Below are positions 9,307 to 17,660 of a stretch of DNA of 59,787 bases, one piece after another. The notes beneath the pieces were generated by a model, which was given only the letters and a program-made list of their open reading frames with translations, had not been told where the DNA came from and did no database searches. The position numbers were made by a program, and so were the translations under genes. This DNA is from Minisyncoccota bacterium. Its GTDB lineage: Bacteria > Patescibacteriota > Minisyncoccia > JAHIHE01 > JAGLIN01. Within the stretch, counting starts at the first letter, position 1. Every line of letters starts with the position of its first letter. The stretch spans positions 1 through 59,787 of the forward strand of contig JAQUYG010000004.1 of NCBI GenBank assembly GCA_028691985.1, written 5' to 3'.

Positions 9307-11211
9307 CTATTCTAAAACCGCCTTGATTCTTCTTACTCCGGCAGAAGAAGATTCTTCTTTCGCGATACGAAAGCGTCCCAATTCGGAAGTGTTCTCGACA
9401 TGCGGACCGCCACAGATTTCTTTAGAAAACACGCCTTTCTCGTCATCGCCCATCACATAGACCTTCACTTTCTCGCCATATTTAGACTCAAAGACCCCCA
9501 TCGCGCCCAAACGCTTGGCATCTTCCAAACCCATCTCTTCGCACCTAACCGGAAGAGCTTTCTTGATTTGTTCATTCACAATCGCCTCAACTTTTTTCTT
9601 TTCTTCATCAGTCATCTTCTCCGGATGTGAAAAATCGAACCTCAGCCTTTCCGCAGTTATATTACTTCCCTTTTGAAAGACATGGTCACCCAAAACCAAA
9701 CGAAGCGCCTGCAGGAGAAGATGCGCTGCAGTATGAAGTCGTGTCGTCTCTTCGCTGTTATCAGCAAGTCCACCTTTGAACTTTCCAGCCGAAGCCGTAC
9801 GAGAAAGATCCTGATGATTATGAAAACTCTCATCAAATTCGTCCTTGAGTTTTATGCTATCAAATTCCATTCCACGCTTCTCGATTTCCTCGATTATCAT
9901 CTCATAAGGAAAACCGTAAGTTTGAAATATATTAAAAGCCTTCTCTCCATTAATATCTTCCAATTTTTCCAATTCTCTCAGCCCCATTTCCAAAGTCTTC
10001 CCAAATTTCTCTTCTTCTTTCTCCAATTCATCAATAATCTTTGTTTTATTCTCAATAAGTGCCGGATATTCTTCGCCATAAATTCCTAAGATGACATCTA
10101 CCAATTCAATCAAGAATTTCTCCTGTGTCTGTAAATTCCTCGCGCTCCTTATTGCCCGGCGGATAAGCCGTCTCAGAATATATCCGCGATCCAGATTGGA
10201 CGGCACGACCCCATCGGAAATCATAAAGACCGAAGTGCGGATATGGTCGGCAACGATGCGCGCTGCTTTATTTTTTTCAGCATCCTGCAGCTCCCCATCT
10301 CCCTTCGCAGTGTTTTGTATTTCTCCCTCGCTCTTCGGGGAGAGGGTTGGAGTGAGGGGCGTATTAGAAAGTTCCTTCACCTTATCTACGATCGGCTTCA
10401 AAACATCGCTCTCATAAATATTATCAAAACCGTTGAGCATTGCGAGTGTCCTCTCTAACCCCATCCCTGTGTCCACATTCTGCTGAGAAAGCGGCTCGAA
10501 CCCCCCTTCCGCATTCTTGTTATATTGCATAAAAACATTATTCCAGATTTCCACATATCTGCCGCAGTGACATCCCGGTTTACAATCGCTTCCATTCGGA
10601 CAAGTATCATAATTCGTCGATTTCCCGAGATCGATAAAAATTTCCGTATCCGGACCGCACGGACCGGTAATGCCCGCCGGACCCCACCAGTTATCATCTT
10701 TCGGAAGCGGAAAGATTTTTGCCTCCTCGTTATTCTTTCCATCCCAGACTTTCGCCTCGATACCCACGCTCGCAAAACATTCCTGCCAAATCTTTATCGA
10801 CTCTTCGTCTTTTGGCGCATCTTCGTCACCCTCGAATACCGTAACTTTCAAACGCTTAGGATCTATTCCTAGATATTTTTCGTCCGTCAGGAATTCAAAG
10901 CTCCAGCGAATGGACTCGTCCTTGAAATAATCCCCGAGCGACCAATTGCCGAGCATCTCGAAAAAAGTGTTATGAGTACTGTCACCAACATCCTCGATAT
11001 CCCCCGTCCTGACACATTTCTGCACGCTAGTTAATCGCGCCCCCTCTGGATGTTTCTCCCCCAAAAGATACGGCACCAGCGGATGCATACCCGCTGTCGT
11101 AAAAAGCACCGTCGGATCATTCTCCGGCACCACCGAAGCCGACGGAATCCTCTTATGCCCCTTTGATATGAAAAAATTGATATACCTCTCTCTCAGTTCT
11201 CTTGAATTCAT
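9307..11211 (-). CDS. alaS: Alanyl-tRNA synthetase, short form without a C-Ala domain
   Basis: 634-aa ORF. N-terminus FFISKGHKRIPSASVVPENDPTVLFTTAGMHP; motifs CVRTGDIEDVGDSTHNTFFEMLGNWS; editing-domain motifs HTAAHLL and CGGPHV. Confidence 0.92.
   Translation of the reverse strand: MNSRELRERYINFFISKGHKRIPSASVVPENDPTVLFTTAGMHPLVPYLLGEKHPEGARLTSVQKCVRTGDIEDVGDSTHNTFFEMLGNWSLGDYFKDESIRWSFEFLTDEKYLGIDPKRLKVTVFEGDEDAPKDEESIKIWQECFASVGIEAKVWDGKNNEEAKIFPLPKDDNWWGPAGITGPCGPDTEIFIDLGKSTNYDTCPNGSDCKPGCHCGRYVEIWNNVFMQYNKNAEGGFEPLSQQNVDTGMGLERTLAMLNGFDNIYESDVLKPIVDKVKELSNTPLTPTLSPKSEGEIQNTAKGDGELQDAEKNKAARIVADHIRTSVFMISDGVVPSNLDRGYILRRLIRRAIRSARNLQTQEKFLIELVDVILGIYGEEYPALIENKTKIIDELEKEEEKFGKTLEMGLRELEKLEDINGEKAFNIFQTYGFPYEMIIEEIEKRGMEFDSIKLKDEFDESFHNHQDLSRTASAGKFKGGLADNSEETTRLHTAAHLLLQALRLVLGDHVFQKGSNITAERLRFDFSHPEKMTDEEKKKVEAIVNEQIKKALPVRCEEMGLEDAKRLGAMGVFESKYGEKVKVYVMGDDEKGVFSKEICGGPHVENTSELGRFRIAKEESSSAGVRRIKAVLE
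10323..10359. repeat. Family-3 short repeat (GGGAGAGGGTTnGnGTGAGG) embedded in frame in alaS
   Basis: GGGAGAGGGTTGGAGTGAGG matches 38741-38760 (GGGAGAGGGTTAGGGTGAGG) at 18 of 20 positions. The minus-strand translation is PLTPTLSPKSEGE. Confidence 0.65.
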
Positions 11212-11273
11212 TTCCTTTATTTAACTGATAAATAGATTTTAGACTGTTTCTAGTATAGTTTAAAAGATGAAAA

Positions 11274-11286
11274 AAATAAAGATTAT
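11274..11286. repeat. 13-bp inverted repeat, arm just 3' of the RT stop codon
   Basis: AAATAAAGATTAT is the exact reverse complement of 12882-12894. Confidence 0.7.
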
Positions 11287-11287
11287 T

Positions 11288-12877
11288 CTAAAGTTTATCT
11301 AAAATAATAACATTTAGAAAAGATACACCATCCTTAGCCATCTTTTCGTAAAAATCAAAATAATTTACATTTCCATCTGCCAGTGCTTTTCTAAATGATT
11401 TTCTAAATTTTTTTTGATCAGAACGAAAAACTTCATAAATATAAATCCACCATTCTGACTGAACATCATCTTTAATTAACTCTCTTATTATCTTATAATA
11501 ATAGTTTTTGTAATCGTTCCCTTTACATTTATCATAAGCGAAAAACATAAGAGTGGGTACACAGTCTCTAGAAAGAATAATCGCATTCCTTTTTTTAGTA
11601 AGATTTTTAATAGCAAGGTCATATTTTATCGCCAAGAACAAAGTCCATGCCATAATATCAGACTTTCTAGAATAGATATGTTCATTTAGAAGAAGTTCGA
11701 TTATATCTTCGGCATCTTTCTTGAATTTTTTTTCGTCCAAAGCGTTTCCTATAGAAAATAATTTATCAAAAGAATCTATATTATATGGATATAAAAATGT
11801 TAAATTCCCAAAATATTTAAGAACTATTCTATAAGAATCATAATCAAGATAATACTTACAAGAAAGCATCTTCATTGCATACTTAATTGAATGGGTATTG
11901 TTCCCATTCTTAAAAAGGGTAGTTGCTAAGTCAAGAAAGCTAATAATCTTGTTTTTTTGAGAAATATCCAGAATCTTATTCAAATTAGCTTCACTGAATT
12001 CTTGTAGGAGATTAATCCAGTCTGTACTTTGAGCTAAAGGCAGTTCTAGAATTTCTGTTTTTTGAGAGTTTAGACCTAAACAATAAGTATCCAAATTACC
12101 ACTTAAATCTTTTATAAAACTATTTGCTTTCTCTAATGATTCGCAATAACAGATGTAATCATCAATATAACGAACATAACTATAAGAGGATAATTCTTTA
12201 TCAACGGCCGAAAGTATTATTTCTGAAATTACATTAGAAGTATCCGGACCAATAAGAATACCGGAAGTTTCATCATTTTTCATCCTTCTTACATAATAAT
12301 CTAGCTCATTATACCATTTCTTTTTATCATTACGATTCTTTTTTGCTTCTTTCTTCCCAGCTAATGCCCAACTAATAGAATGAGAATAAATAGAAGAAAA
12401 ACAATTTGAGATATCAGCGAAAACCACATATTTTTTTCCCGATTGTTTCTGCAATTTAATAAAGTTTTCTTGCTTATTTTTTCCATACGACCCAAAAGAA
12501 ACTAGTCTACCGTTCTTATTATTTAGCTTTGGCACTATAATACTCGTATCTGGATAGTTGGACACTTTGCCGATTGTTTTATTAATATTATTCCAATTAT
12601 CTTTTATGCAAAAACAGAGTTCGGTATAAGCGACAGGATGAGGAATGGACAAGACCCTCGGAATATTATTATTCCTGGTTAATTTAAAAGCAACAGGAGA
12701 AAAACTCTGTTTCTTTTTATAGAGATACTTTTTTATCTTATTATTTATAACCCATTGACCATATTGTTCAGAGGTCAGGATATCTTTGATTTTTTCTGGA
12801 AAAAGACCAAAACAAATCAATTTTTCAAAGACAACTATATCATCTAAATCTTTATAAGCTTTAACAATCCTAGACAT
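11288..12877 (-). CDS. Stand-alone reverse transcriptase, UG/Abi-like (defence-associated type), with a long helical C-terminal region
   Basis: 529-aa ORF with an ordered RT motif series: FKLTRNNNIPRVLSIPHPVAY (1/2), YVVFADISNCFSSIYSH (A), GILIGPDTSNVISEIIL (B), YVRYIDDYICYC (C, YxDD), LGLNSQKTEIL (E). About 230 aa follow the palm domain. No maturase X, endonuclease or Cas domain is visible. Confidence 0.8.
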   Translation of the reverse strand: MSRIVKAYKDLDDIVVFEKLICFGLFPEKIKDILTSEQYGQWVINNKIKKYLYKKKQSFSPVAFKLTRNNNIPRVLSIPHPVAYTELCFCIKDNWNNINKTIGKVSNYPDTSIIVPKLNNKNGRLVSFGSYGKNKQENFIKLQKQSGKKYVVFADISNCFSSIYSHSISWALAGKKEAKKNRNDKKKWYNELDYYVRRMKNDETSGILIGPDTSNVISEIILSAVDKELSSYSYVRYIDDYICYCESLEKANSFIKDLSGNLDTYCLGLNSQKTEILELPLAQSTDWINLLQEFSEANLNKILDISQKNKIISFLDLATTLFKNGNNTHSIKYAMKMLSCKYYLDYDSYRIVLKYFGNLTFLYPYNIDSFDKLFSIGNALDEKKFKKDAEDIIELLLNEHIYSRKSDIMAWTLFLAIKYDLAIKNLTKKRNAIILSRDCVPTLMFFAYDKCKGNDYKNYYYKIIRELIKDDVQSEWWIYIYEVFRSDQKKFRKSFRKALADGNVNYFDFYEKMAKDGVSFLNVIILDKL

Positions 12878-12881
12878 TTTT

Positions 12882-12894
12882 ATAATCTTTATTT
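12882..12894. repeat. 13-bp inverted repeat, arm just 5' of the RT start, overlapping the murG stop codon
   Basis: ATAATCTTTATTT pairs with 11274-11286. Confidence 0.7.
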
Positions 12895-13983
12895 AAACTT
12901 CAAAATCTCCTCCGCGATGATTTCCGATGGTTTTTTATTTCCGAGAGAAGCATTGTGTTTCTGAAGACTATCTTTAGTCTCGTTTTCTTTCCCTTTCAAC
13001 TCTTCCATCTTCTCCAAAAACTTGCCGCTACTCAGATCTTTTTCTTCCGCAAGCATTATCATCCCCTGATCGGCAAAATATTTTGCGTTGTGATACTGGT
13101 GATTATTTGCCGCCGACGGAAGAGGAATAATAAGACTCGGTTTTTCAAGCGCGATGATTTCCGAAAGAGAACTCGCACCCGCACGAGAAACGACAAAATC
13201 GGCAAGCGCAAACGCGTCCTTCATTTCCTCACCGAGATAAGGATATGCCCTATAACGATCCCTATATTTTAAATCAAGCGCATCCGTCCGTTCTTTTATC
13301 TCCTTGAAATTCCTATTTCCACATATATGGATGACCTGAAATTCAAAAAGTATCTCATCCAAAGACCCGAGTAATAGTTCATTGATTTTTTGTGCGCCTT
13401 GGCTGCCACCAAAAACTAAAACAACCGGCAGATTTTCCAATAATCCGAAAAATCTTCGCGCGTAAGGCTTATCGCCCTCCAAAATGTCTTCTCGAATCGG
13501 ATTTCCAGAAACGATGATCTTACTATCCAAGAAATAATTGCGGCTCTGGGGAAAAGAAATGAACACTTTTTTCGCCAAGCGTCCGATAATCTTGTTTGAA
13601 AGTCCCGGCACGGTGTCGGACTCGTGCGTGAGAATCGGAATGCGAAGATACGAAGCCGCCACGACTGCCGGCACAGACGCAAATCCGCCTTTGCTAAAAA
13701 CGACATCAGGCTTGAATTTCAATATATGGAAAAATGCCTCGTCGATTCCGACCAGCACTTTGAATATGTCCGAAAAATTCTGCAAAGAGAAATACCTACG
13801 CAACTTGCCTGCTTTTACTTCTTTGACCTCAATCCCCGCTTCTCTGAGACTCTCATTAAAATCGCTCTTCGGCCCCACGAACAAGAACTCGGCATCCGCA
13901 TCGCGCTTCTTGATTTCCGAAACCACCGACAAAAGCGGAATCAGATGTCCGCCCGTTCCTCCGCCTGTTAGAAGTATTTTCAT
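12889..13983 (-). CDS. murG: MurG, lipid II-forming undecaprenyl-PP-MurNAc-pentapeptide GlcNAc transferase
   Basis: 364-aa ORF: MKILLTGGGTGGHLIPLL, GGFASVPAV, GGSQGA, SRAGASSLSEI. Confidence 0.9.
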   Translation of the reverse strand: MKILLTGGGTGGHLIPLLSVVSEIKKRDADAEFLFVGPKSDFNESLREAGIEVKEVKAGKLRRYFSLQNFSDIFKVLVGIDEAFFHILKFKPDVVFSKGGFASVPAVVAASYLRIPILTHESDTVPGLSNKIIGRLAKKVFISFPQSRNYFLDSKIIVSGNPIREDILEGDKPYARRFFGLLENLPVVLVFGGSQGAQKINELLLGSLDEILFEFQVIHICGNRNFKEIKERTDALDLKYRDRYRAYPYLGEEMKDAFALADFVVSRAGASSLSEIIALEKPSLIIPLPSAANNHQYHNAKYFADQGMIMLAEEKDLSSGKFLEKMEELKGKENETKDSLQKHNASLGNKKPSEIIAEEILKFK

Positions 13984-14008
13984 TTTATATTTTACTTAAA
14001 TTGATATT

Positions 14009-14048
14009 TGTCATCCTGAGCGGAGTGATAGCGCAGTTAAAGTACCTC
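14009..14048. repeat. Family-2 repeat copy (GTCATCCTGAGCG...), partial
   Basis: TGTCATCCTGAGCGGAGTGATAGCGCAG resembles 32153, 43493 and 57919. Confidence 0.6.
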
Positions 14049-14112
14049 TTCACTGCCACCTGCCCTATATTTTAGGGTTTAGATATAATAAAGCGATTTT
14101 TCGACAAGCCTG

Positions 14113-14158
14113 AAATGAAAGCGATAAATGACCGAAAATGAAAGCGATAAATGACCGA
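14113..14158. repeat. Perfect tandem duplication, 2 x 23 bp (AAATGAAAGCGATAAATGACCGA)
   Basis: 14113-14135 is identical to 14136-14158. It lies between the yvcK-like stop codon and the murG start. Confidence 0.85.
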
Positions 14159-14168
14159 GAATAACCTA

Positions 14169-15137
14169 TCAATTCATCAATTTCCAAATCGCCCTACCTG
14201 TCTTCGCCGGATCGTGAGAAACCGTATCTCTTTTTACAAGATTAGCACCGATAAATCTTTCCCTGTCCAGATTGCCACTAAATTCCACGGAGTCGAGAAT
14301 AGAAGCGTCTTCTTTCCTCTTTTTTTGCACCAAAGTATTGTCGGGAATATCCTTGTTATACAACACAAAATCCAGCTCAGTGCCGATATATTTCTCCGTC
14401 TCTCTTGCAAACTCTTCCACAGAAAATCCTCCTGTCTCCCCTTTTTTATTCATGATATTCGAAACAAGAATCTTTTGCGCCCGTGATGATGCAATCGCCT
14501 TCTTTATTCCCAACGGCAAAAAGCACGGCAAAATAGATGAATAGAGATCGCCCGGACCGAATACAAGAAAATCCGCTTTTTTGATTTCCGAAAGAACCTC
14601 GGGATAGGCCTTGGCCTGCGACTTCAAGAATATTTTCTTGATTTTCAAGTTTGCATCCCGATCTTTTGGAACATCAATAGCGCTCTCGCCTTCCACAATT
14701 TGCCCATCTTCTAATTCCGCACAAAGAGTTATGTTTCCCATCGTTGCCGGAAGCGCCTTATATTTTTTTGAGATCTCCATAAACTGACGACACTTTTCCA
14801 AAACATCGCCATAGTTTTTTATATTTCTCGAAAGTCCCACAATAAAAACATTCCCAAAACTGTGCCCCTTGTGTCCGCCCTCAAATTCTTCGTTCCCGAA
14901 ACGGAAACCCCATAGATCTTTCTTCCACTTAGGTGCATCGGAGAAAGCCAAGATATGTCTACGGATATCCCCCGGCGCCGCCACACCAAAATCACGCCTG
15001 AGCTGCCCGGTTGAGCCGCCATCGTCCGCCATCGAAGTTACGGAAGTGATCTCAGCAGGATATTTTTTAAGCGTTTCCAGAATGACTTGCGGCATCGCGC
15101 TTCCACCCCCGAAACAAACGATTTTTTTATTTCTCAT
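14169..15137 (-). CDS. YvcK/CofD-family protein (gluconeogenesis factor-like, UPF0052)
   Basis: 322-aa ORF: KIVCFGGGSAMPQV ... TSMADDGGSTGQLRRDFGVAAPGDIRR. Confidence 0.75.
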   Translation of the reverse strand: MRNKKIVCFGGGSAMPQVILETLKKYPAEITSVTSMADDGGSTGQLRRDFGVAAPGDIRRHILAFSDAPKWKKDLWGFRFGNEEFEGGHKGHSFGNVFIVGLSRNIKNYGDVLEKCRQFMEISKKYKALPATMGNITLCAELEDGQIVEGESAIDVPKDRDANLKIKKIFLKSQAKAYPEVLSEIKKADFLVFGPGDLYSSILPCFLPLGIKKAIASSRAQKILVSNIMNKKGETGGFSVEEFARETEKYIGTELDFVLYNKDIPDNTLVQKKRKEDASILDSVEFSGNLDRERFIGANLVKRDTVSHDPAKTGRAIWKLMN

Positions 15138-15249
15138 AATTTATTCTAGTTTATTTACTCCCGTGTAAGCTATAAAATACTACTATTTTATTCCTTGTCA
15201 ATTCATCCTTTATATTATACCATTAAACCGTAAACCATAAAAACAGCTG

Positions 15250-16515
15250 ATGGAAAAATTTATCATAAACGGAGGAAAATCGCTAAAGGGAGAAATTGAA
15301 GTCCGAGGCTCCAAAAATGCCACCACACCGATCCTCTCCGCCTGTTTGCTTACCAAAGATGAATGTATTATCGATAATGTACCACTCATCACCGATGTGA
15401 TGAAGATGCTTGAAATTTTGCAAAGCATGGGGGTCGAAGTGGAACGCGTCGGAGAACGGACAGTACGCGTGAAGGCCGGCGACAATGTTGACCCAGAAAA
15501 AATGGATTTTGCCATAGTGGGACACATGAGATCTTCGATTCTTCTTCTAGGAAGCCTCTTGGCAAGATTTAAAAAATTCAAGATCAAACAACCGGGTGGA
15601 TGTATTATCGGTGCCAGACCGATCGGAACACATTTCGAGGCTTTGGAAGCTTTAGGTGCTACCATAACTCAAGATGAACACTTTTATTATCTCGAAGCCG
15701 ACAGATTGATCGGCAAAAAAATCGTACTCAAAGAATTCTCTGTGACTGCCACTGAAAATCTGATGATGGCCGCCACCCTGGCAGAAGGAACTACCACGAT
15801 TCGCACTGCCGCCATCGAACCACATGTACAAGACTTGGGCAGGTTCCTCCGCAAGATGGGTGCTAACATCAAAGGTTGCGGTTTTCATACCATCCAGATA
15901 GAAGGAGTTGAAAAACTCCATGGGGCAAAACACTCCATCCAACCCGATCCGATCGAGGCCGGAACTTTTGCCATCGCCGCCGGAGCAACCAGAGGAGATG
16001 TGCTTATAAAAAATGTCGCCCCAAATGATTTGGATTTAGTCCTTGAAAAAATCAAAGAAGCAGGAATCGTTTTTGATGTAGGAGAAGATAGCCTCCATAT
16101 AAGACCGGCCTCAAAACTCGGGACTCTTTCCAAGATAGAGGCTCGCACTTATCCTGGCGTGCCGACTGACCTGCAGGCGCCTTTCGCCGTTCTGGCAACT
16201 CAGACTGAAGGGAATACTCTTATCCACGATACGCTTTATGAAGGCAGAATGAACTATATCAACGAGCTATCTAAAATGGGCGCCAACGCCGTCATCTGTG
16301 ATCCACACCGCGCCATCATCACCGGACCAACGCCTCTCTATGGAAAAGATATTACCAGTTTTGACCTGCGCGCCGGGGCCACAATGATTATCGCCGCCCT
16401 CCTCGCACAAGGACAGAGCAATATTTCTGGCATTGAACAAGTAGACCGCGGCTACGAAAAGATTGAAGAACGACTAGAAAAAATCGGCGCGGATATCAGA
16501 AGAGAAAAAATCTAG
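15250..16515 (+). CDS. murA: UDP-N-acetylglucosamine 1-carboxyvinyltransferase
   Basis: 421-aa ORF: FIINGGKSLKGEIEVRGSKNA, the catalytic-loop region PGGCIIGARPI, and C-terminal IEQVDRGYEKIEERL. Confidence 0.95.
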   Translation: MEKFIINGGKSLKGEIEVRGSKNATTPILSACLLTKDECIIDNVPLITDVMKMLEILQSMGVEVERVGERTVRVKAGDNVDPEKMDFAIVGHMRSSILLLGSLLARFKKFKIKQPGGCIIGARPIGTHFEALEALGATITQDEHFYYLEADRLIGKKIVLKEFSVTATENLMMAATLAEGTTTIRTAAIEPHVQDLGRFLRKMGANIKGCGFHTIQIEGVEKLHGAKHSIQPDPIEAGTFAIAAGATRGDVLIKNVAPNDLDLVLEKIKEAGIVFDVGEDSLHIRPASKLGTLSKIEARTYPGVPTDLQAPFAVLATQTEGNTLIHDTLYEGRMNYINELSKMGANAVICDPHRAIITGPTPLYGKDITSFDLRAGATMIIAALLAQGQSNISGIEQVDRGYEKIEERLEKIGADIRREKI

Positions 16516-16543
16516 TTTTATGTAATAATATTATACTCTAAAA

Positions 16544-16567
16544 CCCGCAGAAGCGGGCTTTATTTTG
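16544..16567 (+). terminator. Rho-independent terminator after murA
   Basis: CCCGC-AGAA-GCGGG followed by CTTTATTTTG. Confidence 0.7.
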
Positions 16568-16589
16568 TGATCTTAATTATGCAATTATA

Positions 16590-17006
16590 TCAACAATACA
16601 TCTTTATGTAATTATAAAAAGCAACATCAACCCCAGTCCACGATCCAAACAGCAAGATACCAGATAAAAAAATAAGGGATAAAGACAAAATGATCTGATA
16701 TGAATTGCAACTAATATATTTACTTTTAAAAAAATAAGATAGCAAAAGCACAAAAAGCAAAAAAACAGAAATTTCTATCAGTATAAAGCTAATTGAAAAA
16801 ATATTAATGTAAAGATTAAAACCACCTAGAGGTTCGTAAAAATTTGAACACAATTCTATTGAGCTCGAATCATTTAAAACCTCATAATTATATCCTTCAT
16901 ATTTAAAATTATAATATTCAACATAACCAAACAAAAAGATATTAAACAGAAAAATAATAAGAAAGAAAAATGTAAAAATCTTGCCCCCTAGAAAGTTTTT
17001 TATCAT
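16590..17006 (-). CDS. Hypothetical multi-pass membrane protein (very AT-rich)
   Basis: 138-aa ORF with about four hydrophobic segments. No family recognised. Confidence 0.45.
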   Translation of the reverse strand: MIKNFLGGKIFTFFFLIIFLFNIFLFGYVEYYNFKYEGYNYEVLNDSSSIELCSNFYEPLGGFNLYINIFSISFILIEISVFLLFVLLLSYFFKSKYISCNSYQIILSLSLIFLSGILLFGSWTGVDVAFYNYIKMYC

Positions 17007-17083
17007 ATCTTTAAGATTTTAATTTTAAAAAATGAAGCGGGAAAGACTTTTAATTCTTTCCCAATAATCCATAGACATCCAAT

Positions 17084-17512
17084 TTATAAACTATTATAGG
17101 GTACCTCCCAAGACTTTAAGTCTCTATAATAATATTCAATGTCTACTACCATTCGGTTTGGCCATGTAGCATGTTGATATATCTCGCACCTTACAGAAGC
17201 TACAGATCTATCATCGCTCCATTCAGGAGCCGACATAACTGCATTAGTTACAGCATCTAAGACGCCAGGTCTAAGATAACGAATACAATTTTTACCGTAA
17301 CTTGTAAAATACAGTCTTGCACCTACTCCCGGAGCTGAAGCCAAATCATACTCAACATGATCAATATAGGGCTGCAGAGATGGAGAGATATCACTATGCT
17401 CGTATCTTACAGCATCATGCCCAGCAAATTGATAATATATCTTAGCTTCTGCCGAAACACATGCTATACACAGAAATATTAAAGCTGCTAATATGATTAT
17501 TTTCTTCTTCAA
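17084..17512 (-). CDS. Hypothetical secreted protein
   Basis: 142-aa ORF with the signal peptide MKKKIIILAALIFLCIACVSAEA. Confidence 0.55.
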   Translation of the reverse strand: MKKKIIILAALIFLCIACVSAEAKIYYQFAGHDAVRYEHSDISPSLQPYIDHVEYDLASAPGVGARLYFTSYGKNCIRYLRPGVLDAVTNAVMSAPEWSDDRSVASVRCEIYQHATWPNRMVVDIEYYYRDLKSWEVPYNSL

Positions 17513-17660
17513 TTTATCAACTCGCTATTTTTTTGTTTTAGATTGTGCCTTTGTTTTTTTTCTTTATATGTTTATACTTATTTTTCTATCACCCCCATGC
17601 CTGCAATATAACAAAAAAAAACAAATTTGTGTCAATACTTCTTAAACGACTCTTATCTTC

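Noticed and set aside
11288-12877. The RT as a group II intron, retron or DGR component
   Set aside because: No maturase X or endonuclease domain is present, and no flanking intron RNA is possible because the ORF fills the islet. Only 11 bp lie upstream, so there is no room for msr/msd. There is no nearby TR/VR repeat pair, Avd-like gene or variable-protein target. Motif B reads IGPDTSN rather than the DGR-type IGxxxSQ.
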